Assembly: GCA_002104945.1 (NCBI GenBank) | Contig: MCFH01000032.1 | Span: 434,001-498,000 of the forward strand | Length of the DNA: 64,000 nt | Reading direction: 5' to 3' | Origin: Piromyces finnis finn | Lineage: Eukaryota; Fungi; Neocallimastigomycota | Shown: piece after piece, positions 21,614 through 31,050 of the stretch | Layout of the letters: each line of letters begins with the position of its first letter | Position numbering within the stretch: position 1 is the stretch's first letter | Position numbers and translations under genes: made by a program | The notes under the pieces: generated by a model | What the model was told of the DNA's origin: nothing | Seen by the model: only the letters and a program-made list of their open reading frames with translations | Databases searched by the model: none

Positions 21614-24600
21614 CTACTCCGTTGCTGAGTTATATTTAACGACATTTTTGAAATGTACATTTCTGTTCATTAGTACTCCAGTTTCTGGGTCTGCTAAGAC
21701 TACTGTATTGAACTGTTTCTGGACCACTTTGAGAGGTCCTACAAAGTAAGGTTCCAATTTTGTTCTACTGAAGTTTCTTACCAAAACTAGGTCACCTACT
21801 TTTATTTTCTTAGCTTGGTTCATACTTAATTTTTCTTCTCTTCTCATAGACCAATATTTATTAGCCGTCTTTACATTTTCAGCAGCTTCTAGGGTCCATC
21901 GGTAGTGATTTATAAACTTTTCCAAAAGAATTTCATCGGAACTCTTGTTTTGATCTTTAGTGGGTCGGGCAGCTATATCAAAAGGTTGTTGGTCTTCCCT
22001 ACCATAAACTAGCTCAAAACTTGAATGTTTCGTAGCCGTATTCTTTGTAGTTCTTAAGGCCCAAAGCGCGGAAGGTAGAACTTCATCCCAGTCTTTACTT
22101 TCTTTCCCTAAAAGTCTTAAAAGTTTCCCAATTTCCTTATTTCGGTTTTCTGTTAATCCATTACTTTCAGGGTGGTAGGGAACTGTGAACTTCACATATA
22201 CGTCATATAGGTCTAGAAATATCTTTGTCATATCTGAGGTAAATTGAGTTCCATTATCTGTAGTAATAACTTGTGGTACCCCATGTCTTGCAAACACATT
22301 TATTAAAAACTTTATCACGTCCAGAGAAGTAACAGTTTCCACCGCTTCGGCTTCTACCCATTTAGTAAAATAGTCAACTATGACTATTATATATTGTTTA
22401 CTATTTCTTGTCTTAGGTAATGGCCCAATAATATCCAAACCTAGATGTACAAATGGTCCTTCCACTTTAGTAGCTTTGTCCTCAGTTGGTTCTGGATAAG
22501 GTTGTGGTCTATTTACTTGACACTTCTCACACTTGCTAATAATTCTTTTAATATCCGCTATCATATCATTCCAATAATAATTTTTCTTTAACCTTTGATA
22601 AGTCTTATAATAACCTTCATGACCTACGTTATGTGCTTGAAATATTAACTTTACTTTTTCTTCTACAGTAGATATTAGCTGACGTAAGTTATTACCATCT
22701 ACGAAATAGTCCTTCCCATCTATGGTAGTAAATTTTTCAGCTATAAACTCCTTAATAACTTTGGTTAATAACTCTTCATTATTAGTTTTATTAATTTTTG
22801 TTACCAGTATCTTTTTCTCCTCTTTATTCTTCATTCTTGATAATGCATCAGCTATAACATTATTCTTTCCTTTATCATATTGAATATCAATATCCAACTG
22901 ACTTACTGTAAGACACCATCTGTTGTGACGTGCACTATTTGGTTCCTTATTTTTAAATAAACCCAAAAGTGGTTTATGGTCCGTATAAACCATAGTAGTG
23001 TACGGGTTTCCTAAAATATAAGGTTTTAACTTACTCACGCAAAAGAATAACGCAGCACCTTCTAACTCTGTTATTCCATAGTTCTTCTCCGCTTTACTAA
23101 GACTTCGACTAATATAATGTACCGGGTGTTCTATTTTGTTAGTTTCATCTTCTTGTAATAAAACACCACCCACTCCTTCATACGACGCGTCCGTACGTAT
23201 GATAAAAGGCTTATCAAATTCAGGAAACTTTAAAATGGGAGCGTTTATCAGTTTTTCTTTTAATACTTTAAATGCTTTTTCATGTTTTTCTTCCCATTTA
23301 TATCGTACATTTTTCTTTAATAACTCACATAAGGGCGCGGTTACTTGAGAATAATTAGGAATAAAATTTCGATAATATCCTACTGCACCCAAAAACGAAC
23401 GTAACTCATGAATATTTCCTGGAGCTTCCCACTTCCTTATGGCTTCTATTTTACTTTCCAAAGGACTCAAACCTTTAGTAGATAACCTGTGACCTAATAC
23501 ATTTACTTCTTCCTTCATAAAACTACATTTCTCAAGATTTATTTTTAATTCATTTTCTTTCAATATTTCAAATACTCTCTTAATATGTTCCATGTGTTCT
23601 TCCACACTCTTGGAATATATGAGTACATCATCAATAAAATTATATACACAATTTCCTATTAAAGGAAATAATATCTTATTCATTTCCCTCTGAAAAGTTG
23701 CTGGTGCATTAGTTAACCCAAACGGCATGACCTTAAACTGATAGTTACCAAACTTGGTAGTAAAACTAGTAACCTCAGTGCTTTCCTCATGCATAGAAAT
23801 TTGATGATAACCTGAATATAAGTCCATAGTAGTGAATATTTTGGCTCCGTTCAGACTATCAAATATTTCATCAATATAGGGGAGTGAATAAGAGTCCTTT
23901 TCCGTGAGGTCGTTCACTCTCCTATAGTCCACACACATTCTCCACTTACCATTATGTTTTGGAACCAGAACTACAGGGGAGGACCATTCTGAATAGGACG
24001 GCTCTATTAACTTTTTTTCTATTAGCTTAGTTAACTCTTCTTTTAGTATATCTGATTTAAATTTAGTTAACCTATAAGCTCTTTGTTTAACTGGTTTTAC
24101 ACCAGCCTTTAGATTTATTTTATGTGGTGATAATTTAGAAGGCGTTAATTCCTCAGAAGACGTCGCAATAATCTCTAAGTTTTCTTCCAAAAGTCGGAGT
24201 ATTTCTTTCCGTTTATCTTTTGGTAAGGTGTTCAAGAATATCTCATTGTGTATATACTCCTGAGGTGGTAAACCTTCAATAGACTTCAAGCTTTTAGTAT
24301 CTCCATCTGGTATCTTCTTAATAGTACATACCAATTTTCCTTCATTATAATATTGGTTATTGATAGGTACTATTTCTTCTACTACACCTCTTTCTTTCAC
24401 TTGACATAAGCTCTTGGTTACTGGATTTATATATAATAAATTATCTACTTGAGTTTTATAATTTATTAACATATCATAGAACGGTTCTTCTTTTTCAAGT
24501 ATTCTGAAGTCAACCACTAGTTCTACCTCTCCTATTCTAACTGGTATACGCACCACAGTACCCTCAGAGTATTCTTCATCAGTAGTAGCTAGTCGAATAC

Positions 24601-25591
24601 GTCCTTTGCTTATTCCTACCACTTCATATTCCTTTGGTAGTCTTTTGTAAAAAGAAGATGTAATAACATTTAAGTTACTACACGTATCCACCAGTAGTTT
24701 TCCTGGTATTCCATCCACAGTCGCATCCACCATTGCTATATCCTCTTCTGAAGCTTCATTATTCTTACTTATATAGTCATGGTAGATATTATTTAATAAG
24801 GTTGTAGTAGCTACTATGTTATTTAATGCACCTGATACCTTGCTTTGTACTTTCTCTAACTTTAGTCCTTGGGAAAGTTGTGTTCTTATTTTTGGGCATA
24901 CATTAAATAACTGTCCATAAGTAATATCACATTTAGCTGTGTTTAAATCTTCAAAAATATCATAATCACTGGTATCACCTCTCATTTGGATATTACGTGT
25001 GACTTTCTCCTCTTTAGTTTTATCTTTTTCTTTATCTTTAGTCATTTTCAATAACGTCGGTAGAATATCTGTATTTTTCTTTTTAGCTTTTTCTACTTCT
25101 ACTTTATCTTCCGTATCAATACTGACCTCCATATCTTCGTTTTCTTCTCTTTCGTCTTTATTTATGGGGGTTGGTGGTTTACTTCTTTGTTTTTCTCTGA
25201 GTCTTTTACTTTTTTCTTTTTCCTTGTTAATATTAGGTTGACTCAGAACAGACGTGTCAAGTTGGTTCTTGGGTTGTGATGGTGAACCTGATTCTAAACT
25301 CTCATTACTGAGTTCACGTTCTTGTTGCTTCCTAGTAGCAGGGGTAACTATTGGTCTTGGGTCTTCTTTTAATGATTTTTGTACTCTTTTCTTGGAAGAG
25401 TCTTCTTCATCATTAGCTTTTCTTTTAGCTGCAGCAATAATTTTATCTTCAATAGAAGATATTTCTTCATTATCTGATAAGTCAGAATACTCAGAATATT
25501 CAGAGTACTCATTATTATCAACTGAACTGTTATTAAGTGAAGCTATTTTTGGATTACTGGGAGTGCTTCTTCTCCCACTATCTAATTTAAA
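21614..25591 (-). CDS. pol: Element B Pol (PR-RT-RH-IN), entered by -1 frameshift; first Met at 25132
   Basis: LVDTCSN (PR), FIDD (RT), RTDAS..ELEGAA (RH), HNVGHEG..CEKC, DNGTQF and ESNGLTE (IN). The frame is open back to the slippery site at 25585-25591. Confidence 0.93.
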   Translation of the reverse strand, partial: FKLDSGRRSTPSNPKIASLNNSSVDNNEYSEYSEYSDLSDNEEISSIEDKIIAAAKRKANDEEDSSKKRVQKSLKEDPRPIVTPATRKQQERELSNESLESGSPSQPKNQLDTSVLSQPNINKEKEKSKRLREKQRSKPPTPINKDEREENEDMEVSIDTEDKVEVEKAKKKNTDILPTLLKMTKDKEKDKTKEEKVTRNIQMRGDTSDYDIFEDLNTAKCDITYGQLFNVCPKIRTQLSQGLKLEKVQSKVSGALNNIVATTTLLNNIYHDYISKNNEASEEDIAMVDATVDGIPGKLLVDTCSNLNVITSSFYKRLPKEYEVVGISKGRIRLATTDEEYSEGTVVRIPVRIGEVELVVDFRILEKEEPFYDMLINYKTQVDNLLYINPVTKSLCQVKERGVVEEIVPINNQYYNEGKLVCTIKKIPDGDTKSLKSIEGLPPQEYIHNEIFLNTLPKDKRKEILRLLEENLEIIATSSEELTPSKLSPHKINLKAGVKPVKQRAYRLTKFKSDILKEELTKLIEKKLIEPSYSEWSSPVVLVPKHNGKWRMCVDYRRVNDLTEKDSYSLPYIDEIFDSLNGAKIFTTMDLYSGYHQISMHEESTEVTSFTTKFGNYQFKVMPFGLTNAPATFQREMNKILFPLIGNCVYNFIDDVLIYSKSVEEHMEHIKRVFEILKENELKINLEKCSFMKEEVNVLGHRLSTKGLSPLESKIEAIRKWEAPGNIHELRSFLGAVGYYRNFIPNYSQVTAPLCELLKKNVRYKWEEKHEKAFKVLKEKLINAPILKFPEFDKPFIIRTDASYEGVGGVLLQEDETNKIEHPVHYISRSLSKAEKNYGITELEGAALFFCVSKLKPYILGNPYTTMVYTDHKPLLGLFKNKEPNSARHNRWCLTVSQLDIDIQYDKGKNNVIADALSRMKNKEEKKILVTKINKTNNEELLTKVIKEFIAEKFTTIDGKDYFVDGNNLRQLISTVEEKVKLIFQAHNVGHEGYYKTYQRLKKNYYWNDMIADIKRIISKCEKCQVNRPQPYPEPTEDKATKVEGPFVHLGLDIIGPLPKTRNSKQYIIVIVDYFTKWVEAEAVETVTSLDVIKFLINVFARHGVPQVITTDNGTQFTSDMTKIFLDLYDVYVKFTVPYHPESNGLTENRNKEIGKLLRLLGKESKDWDEVLPSALWALRTTKNTATKHSSFELVYGREDQQPFDIAARPTKDQNKSSDEILLEKFINHYRWTLEAAENVKTANKYWSMRREEKLSMNQAKKIKVGDLVLVRNFSRTKLEPYFVGPLKVVQKQFNTVVLADPETGVLMNRNVHFKNVVKYNSATE
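25558..25591 (-). promoter_or_regulatory. -1 ribosomal frameshift signal of B
   Basis: T-TTA-AAT in the gag frame, a 7-nt spacer, then a TGGGAG/CTCCCA stem with an 8-nt loop. Confidence 0.8.
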
Positions 25592-26502
25592 TGACCTTTT
25601 CTGGCCTTTTGTTTGTTTTCTTCTACTATGGCACTCAGCTTAGGACAATGATATTGAAAGTGTCCCTTCTCGTTGCAAAAGTAGCAAGTTTTGATAGTTA
25701 AGTTTCTCATTTTCTCCGTCAACTCATTCATAGGATCTTTCTTATCATTACCATAATTCGCTATTGTTGGCTTCTTGTTCCTCTCATAGCTATCTTCTTT
25801 TCTTTCATATTTATTTTTATATCTTTTATCAGAGTTAGAAGAGGTGGATACATCATAATTGTTAGCTTTATGACGATTTCTTAAATTTAGTCTGTCCCCA
25901 TCTTCGGCAAGCTTGTAGGCTTCTGCTAAGGTAACTTCTTTTTCCCTACGCACATTTTCCCAGGCTTTATAGTTAGGCTCAATGGAATCTAAGTAATCTT
26001 CAACATCTACTTTCCTTCTACGCTTCTTGTCTAGTTTGACATACAAGGAACGGTACCTTATGTTGAAGTCTTTTACTTTTTCATTCTTTTTGATTCGCAT
26101 ATCCCTAAGCTCCTTGAGAAGTTCTATTTGATCTTCCTTTACTCCATAAAATTCTTCTAACATAGTGACTATCTTTTTAAGGGAAGGGTAGTGAGCTCTT
26201 CTCTTTCCTCTACCTTCATCTTCTTCATCACTATCTTCACTGTCTTCATCACTTTCGAAGTCCTTATTAGGATTCAACTCTTGAATAAGTTCATTTGGTG
26301 TTCCTGTAGTAGTAAACAAACAAGCTAGAAACACCATTTTTGGACTTTTAACATCTTGAAGCATAGTCCAATACTTTAATTGACTATACCAAGTCTTAAT
26401 GTCCAAATTATCTTCGGTTAATCTAGTGACATGCTTTAATTCCTTCATTAATTTAGCAAAGTCAATAGATTTATCAGCTCCCGTACTCATTTTTATATAC
26501 AA
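25582..26502 (-). CDS. gag: Element B Gag, 306 aa, with CCHC zinc knuckle
   Basis: Contains CYFCNEKGHFQYHC and lies between the PBS and pol. Confidence 0.92.
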   Translation of the reverse strand: MYIKMSTGADKSIDFAKLMKELKHVTRLTEDNLDIKTWYSQLKYWTMLQDVKSPKMVFLACLFTTTGTPNELIQELNPNKDFESDEDSEDSDEEDEGRGKRRAHYPSLKKIVTMLEEFYGVKEDQIELLKELRDMRIKKNEKVKDFNIRYRSLYVKLDKKRRRKVDVEDYLDSIEPNYKAWENVRREKEVTLAEAYKLAEDGDRLNLRNRHKANNYDVSTSSNSDKRYKNKYERKEDSYERNKKPTIANYGNDKKDPMNELTEKMRNLTIKTCYFCNEKGHFQYHCPKLSAIVEENKQKARKGHLN

Positions 26503-26880
26503 GTTTTAAATAAAGATAAAAATACAATTTTACAATAATATTAAAGAATGAAACAAGTTTAAAAAAAAATAATTTTCTTTTATAAGAATTTAAAAGAATG
26601 AATTACAACAATATTTGAAATATATTTAATTAACAACACTAATAATTATTCTCTTTAGTTAAACTAGTAATACCAATATAAAATACTTCCTTAACTGCAC
26701 CAATTAACAATATTAATTTCTCTCTATTAACTATTTTAATTTGTGCCTTGAAGTATATAACTTTTTATTATACTAGTATAACCCTCTTTTGAATTATTAA
26801 CTATTTTAATTAAATAATAATACAAAAACAAATATAAAAGTAACTATAAAAATGTAGTGTGATATCAATATGTTATTATT

Positions 26881-26899
26881 ATCCCCGATATCTCCACCA
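26881..26899 (-). promoter_or_regulatory. PBS of B, complementary to the 3' end of a tRNA-Ala
   Basis: TGGTGGAGATATCGGGGAT. The implied tRNA end ..TATCTCC-A-CCA has U70 and A73, the Ala identity elements. Confidence 0.85.
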
Positions 26900-28019
26900 T
26901 TAATTATGCTACGGTTCAAATAAGATATCACAAAACACTTGAATAGTTATAAAAATAAAAATTTATTTAATTTTAATTTTTATTCATTTAATTTATTTTT
27001 GATTTTTCAATTTTTAAAAATTTTCTCAAAAATCCTCGTACTTTTTCCAACTATCCATTATTTGAAATTTAATGGTTTTGGATAGCTAAGGATTTAAATT
27101 GATTTCATTCATAATATATGGATCATTCACTGTAACATATATTAATTAAATCCTTAATATATATTATGAATAATCTCTTAATATTTGAATAGAAAAATTT
27201 TTAATTTATAATTAATAAAATTTTAATTTATGATATGTGTAACATTTTTGCATATCATATATTATATATTTAATTATGACATATAATAAAATTATATTAT
27301 TCAATTAATTATGCCCTTTTTTAGACATAAATAATAATTTTTCTGTCGAGGTATCTTCTGTTTTGTGTGTAACAGTTGCCTCTTTTAGTAAAAATTATAA
27401 TTAAATTCTATGTCATAATTTCAAATTATAAAATATTATACAATAAAGTTAATTAATAAAATAAACCTTAAATAATAATAAAATTCCTATAACTATTTTA
27501 ATAATAAAATTTTGTAAAATTTATAAGTATAAAATATTATAAGTAATTATACTAATACTAATAATAAAGGTCTTAAATAACTATATACAAATAATATAAC
27601 TATATAATAAAAATATTAATAATTACTAGAAAAATGTATAAAAATTATATATTATAATTTTTATATTTTAAAAATAGAGTTAAACACTAGTAAGGAATAT
27701 AAATAGTTGAAGGTTAATTGTTAAGTTTTTGGGTTTGGTTATGCGGCCAGGTCAGAATGTTATTAATTATATAGTAAAAATGTTTTTTAAGAAATTAAAT
27801 TTAATTATAAAATAACACCTTAAACTCCCAAATGAAAAATGAAAAATTTATATTTACTTTAAAATAACTTTTTATAAATTTTTTATTTATTTAATAATAA
27901 TATAAATGATATTATAAGTAACTATATAATTAAGATTATAACTATAATCTTTACAAAGAATTAAAATCGAATTCAATTCATTCTCTTTTATATTCTTTGT
28001 TCAGATTATTAAATTGATA

Positions 28020-29027
28020 TTAATAAGAATAAAGTATTACATATAATATATTAGTAATATAATTAAATAAGTAATAAGATTGTTTGTTTGTTTGTTTGTT
28101 GTATGATCTGTGGTGGTTGAAATGTGAATTTCTTTTCTTGTTAGATTTAGAGTTGGAAGACTGGTTAATCTTATTCTTTGTAGAAAGAGAACTTTCGATC
28201 AAAATACATCTAGTTATAATGGACTCCATGGTGGTTGGAAATACCTCCATCTTTTCAATTTCTTCCTGATATTTGGGATGTAAACCATTATAAAAGATTA
28301 AAGATAATGCTTCTTCATTCCATTTAAATTGTTGTGAAAGAGAGCGGAATTCCTCGATATAATCATTTATTTTACCATATTGTTGTTTTAAACGCATTAT
28401 TTTGATTTTAGCTATCTTGTAACTAGCAACATTTGAGAAAGCAATTCTTAGTCCATCCAACAATTCTTGCATGGTAGATGGATAAATATTATCCTTGTAC
28501 TTGGCAAGATACCAATTTCTAGCAGCATCACGAAGACGGGATTGTACAAAATTAATTTTTGTTTCTTCTGGTAAAGTTCGATTTGGTAGAGTTTTGAAAG
28601 TATCTTCACATAATTGACAAAACAAATCGGTATCACTAGTCTTACCGGAGAACATACCTGGATCTGGCACTTGAGTGATTGGAGTAGCAAAACGGCCTCT
28701 CATGATAACATCATGATCCAAATCAAATCTTGTTGAAGTAGATTCATCATCTCTAAAGACAGTAGGTCTTGGAGTAGCTATCCTATCATAATTGGTATGT
28801 AACAATGGTTGTTCATCTTCATTCTGAGCAGTTTGATTATTATTCATATTGGTTAATACACTCATGATTTCATTTAAACGATTATTCACATCATTGGAAA
28901 AATTTTGAAAATCTTCACGGAAAACCAAATTTTCATTGATACCCTCAATGATATCCTTGGCAGTCTGAGTAGCATCCTCTCTTAGTTGGTTTACCTCGTC
29001 TGGGAAATTAGGAACCGGAGTGAACAT
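28020..29027 (-). CDS. gag: Element L Gag (335-aa ORF; residues encoded below about 28099 are read-through into LTR)
   Basis: Retrotransposon Gag pattern: PGMFSG..KINFVQSRLRDAARNWY..KINDYIEEFR..YNGL. Confidence 0.88.
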   Translation of the reverse strand: MFTPVPNFPDEVNQLREDATQTAKDIIEGINENLVFREDFQNFSNDVNNRLNEIMSVLTNMNNNQTAQNEDEQPLLHTNYDRIATPRPTVFRDDESTSTRFDLDHDVIMRGRFATPITQVPDPGMFSGKTSDTDLFCQLCEDTFKTLPNRTLPEETKINFVQSRLRDAARNWYLAKYKDNIYPSTMQELLDGLRIAFSNVASYKIAKIKIMRLKQQYGKINDYIEEFRSLSQQFKWNEEALSLIFYNGLHPKYQEEIEKMEVFPTTMESIITRCILIESSLSTKNKINQSSNSKSNKKRNSHFNHHRSYNKQTNKQSYYLFNYITNILYVILYSY

Positions 29028-29051
29028 TCTAAAGTAGCCACTAAACAGCGG

Positions 29052-29062
29052 GTAAAGATTAT
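29052..29062 (-). promoter_or_regulatory. Self-priming PBS of L
   Basis: ATAATCTTTAC abuts the LTR and is the exact complement of LTR 29288-29298. A TATAAAA (minus strand) lies about 32-38 nt upstream of that 11-mer. Confidence 0.85.
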
Positions 29063-30749
29063 TGTTAAGTTTTTGGGTTTGGTTATGCGGCCAGGTCAGA
29101 ATGTTATTAATTATATAGTAAAAATGTTTTTTAAGAAATTAAATTTAATTATAAAATAACACCTTAAACTCCCAAATGAAAAATGAAAAATTTATATTTA
29201 CTTTAAAATAACTTTTTATAAATTTTTTATTTATTTAATAATAATATAAATGATATTATAAGTAACTATATAATTAAGATTATAACTATAATCTTTACAA
29301 AGAATTAAAATCGAATTCAATTCATTCTCTTTTATATTCTTTGTTCAGATTATTAAATTGATATTAATAAGAATAAAGTATTACATATAATATATTAGTA
29401 ATATAATTAAATAAGTAATAAGATTGTTTGTTTGTTTGTTTGTTTGTTTGTCATGACATAAAATAAAATAAACATATGATTAATCATTTAAACAGTTGAT
29501 CCTAATTAGTAATTATAAAAACTATTCAATTAATAATTCATCATTATTAATTGATATTACCATAACATATTTGTTATAACTAAATAATTATTATTTTCAA
29601 AATTATTTCTAATAAAACTTGCCGTTAACCTATTTTATAATAATTAAGATTATTTAATTTATAGGTATTAACTGTTACACCTAAATGGGTCTAGTTCTAT
29701 TTTTAGTAACAATCGTTATCATTAATTAAATTAATATAACTAAAATTCCTATTGATATATTTTTAATTTCATCAAGTCATAAGAAATATTTATGATCCAT
29801 ACTTGATATCATATTGATTTTAATTTACCTAATAAAATCTTTAAATGATCATAACTTCCTTAAATGATCAGTTAGAAGGACCGCGATTGTACCAAATTGT
29901 AGCTTTCTTCCTAAGCTTTCCAATAAACCTAGTTTCACAGCCTACTACTTACAGCCGTAGCGATCGTTTTTGGCGAGTTACACCTTATTTCGTACTTGCT
30001 TATTTTTGGTTAAGGGTTATAGTATATTGATATTAAATTTTTGAAATCATAACCCTTTCACTGAATCAAAATTTAAAAGGTGACTTTTAAAAGTGTTTTA
30101 AAATAATTATTGAAATTATTTAATTATAATTATTATGTTTAATTAATTATAGATATTATCTGAATTTGTTTTAAATCCAGTTAATATCTTCACATTAATT
30201 CCTAAAATTCTAGCTAATTCAACTATTTATGTTCATTCCTTAACAACAATAAGTGTAAGAAATATTTGTGGCCATAAGTTTGACCACAAATATTTCAATT
30301 GAAACCATATATTCTGGTCACCATTTATTGGCCAAATATATGCATAACCATATATTAATGGTTATTAATTAAATAGGAAGTTTATTTGCTTTACCCAATC
30401 AAGTGGTAAAGAAAATAAACTCATATAGTTAAATAGTATAGTTAAAACTAACGTTAAATACTTTAGCGTTAGTATTAAAGTAAATTAATAACTATAATAA
30501 TAATTAATGTAGATAATTATAATTAATAAATAAAAGATATAATTAAAATATAATTATTTAAGTAAAAGTTATTTCATAAAATATTTATATAAGTGTTTAT
30601 ATTTATTTTAGTGTTATAATATTTATTTTCCTTCTTTTATTATTTTTTATAAAACTTTATTTAGTTATTAACTCGTATAGAGAGGTAATAACTAACTTAA
30701 TTAACTAATTTAATAACCTATTAACTAATATTATAATAAACCTTTTACA

Positions 30750-30760
30750 ATACTAACGCT
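30750..30760 (+). promoter_or_regulatory. Self-priming PBS of C
   Basis: ATACTAACGCT abuts the LTR and is the exact complement of AGCGTTAGTAT at 30465-30475. Confidence 0.85.
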
Positions 30761-31050
30761 TTATAGTTAGTTCTTACGTTAGCTTAGTTTTAATTAGGTT
30801 AGTGTTATTAAAAATTCTTAAAAAACATATTTTATTTTATTTAAATTATTGTTTAATAATAATTATTTACAATATTTTATATAATATCCAAATATTATAT
30901 TTAAAAGAAGTAAATTTATTATTAAAAATAATTATTTTTTAATAGTTTAGCATTAAAAATTCATTATTTTTAAATTTTAAAATTCATTATAACCATATTT
31001 TATATAATAAATTCTTTAATTTATTAAAAGAATTTATTTTCGAATTAGAA

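Larger units (their letters stand above)
27719..30194 (-). mobile_element. Internally deleted Ty3/Gypsy element L (5' LTR, gag, partial 3' LTR)
   Basis: 5' LTR 29063-30194 and partial 3' LTR 27719-28098; TSD TTAAT at 27714-27718 and 30195-30199; pol absent. Confidence 0.93.
20732..30245 (-). mobile_element. Full-length Ty3/Gypsy element B (tRNA-Ala primed), with L nested in its 5' LTR
   Basis: LTRs at 20732-21589 and 26907-27718 plus 30200-30245, both 858 bp; TSD ACAAT at 20727-20731 and 30246-30250. Confidence 0.96.

Noticed and set aside
23620-23645. FIDD instead of YxDD in B reverse transcriptase
   Set aside because: FIDD is a common functional variant in Ty3/Gypsy RTs.
25254-25643. 129-aa Ser-rich plus-strand ORF
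   Set aside because: Antisense to the frameshifted N-terminal part of B Pol.
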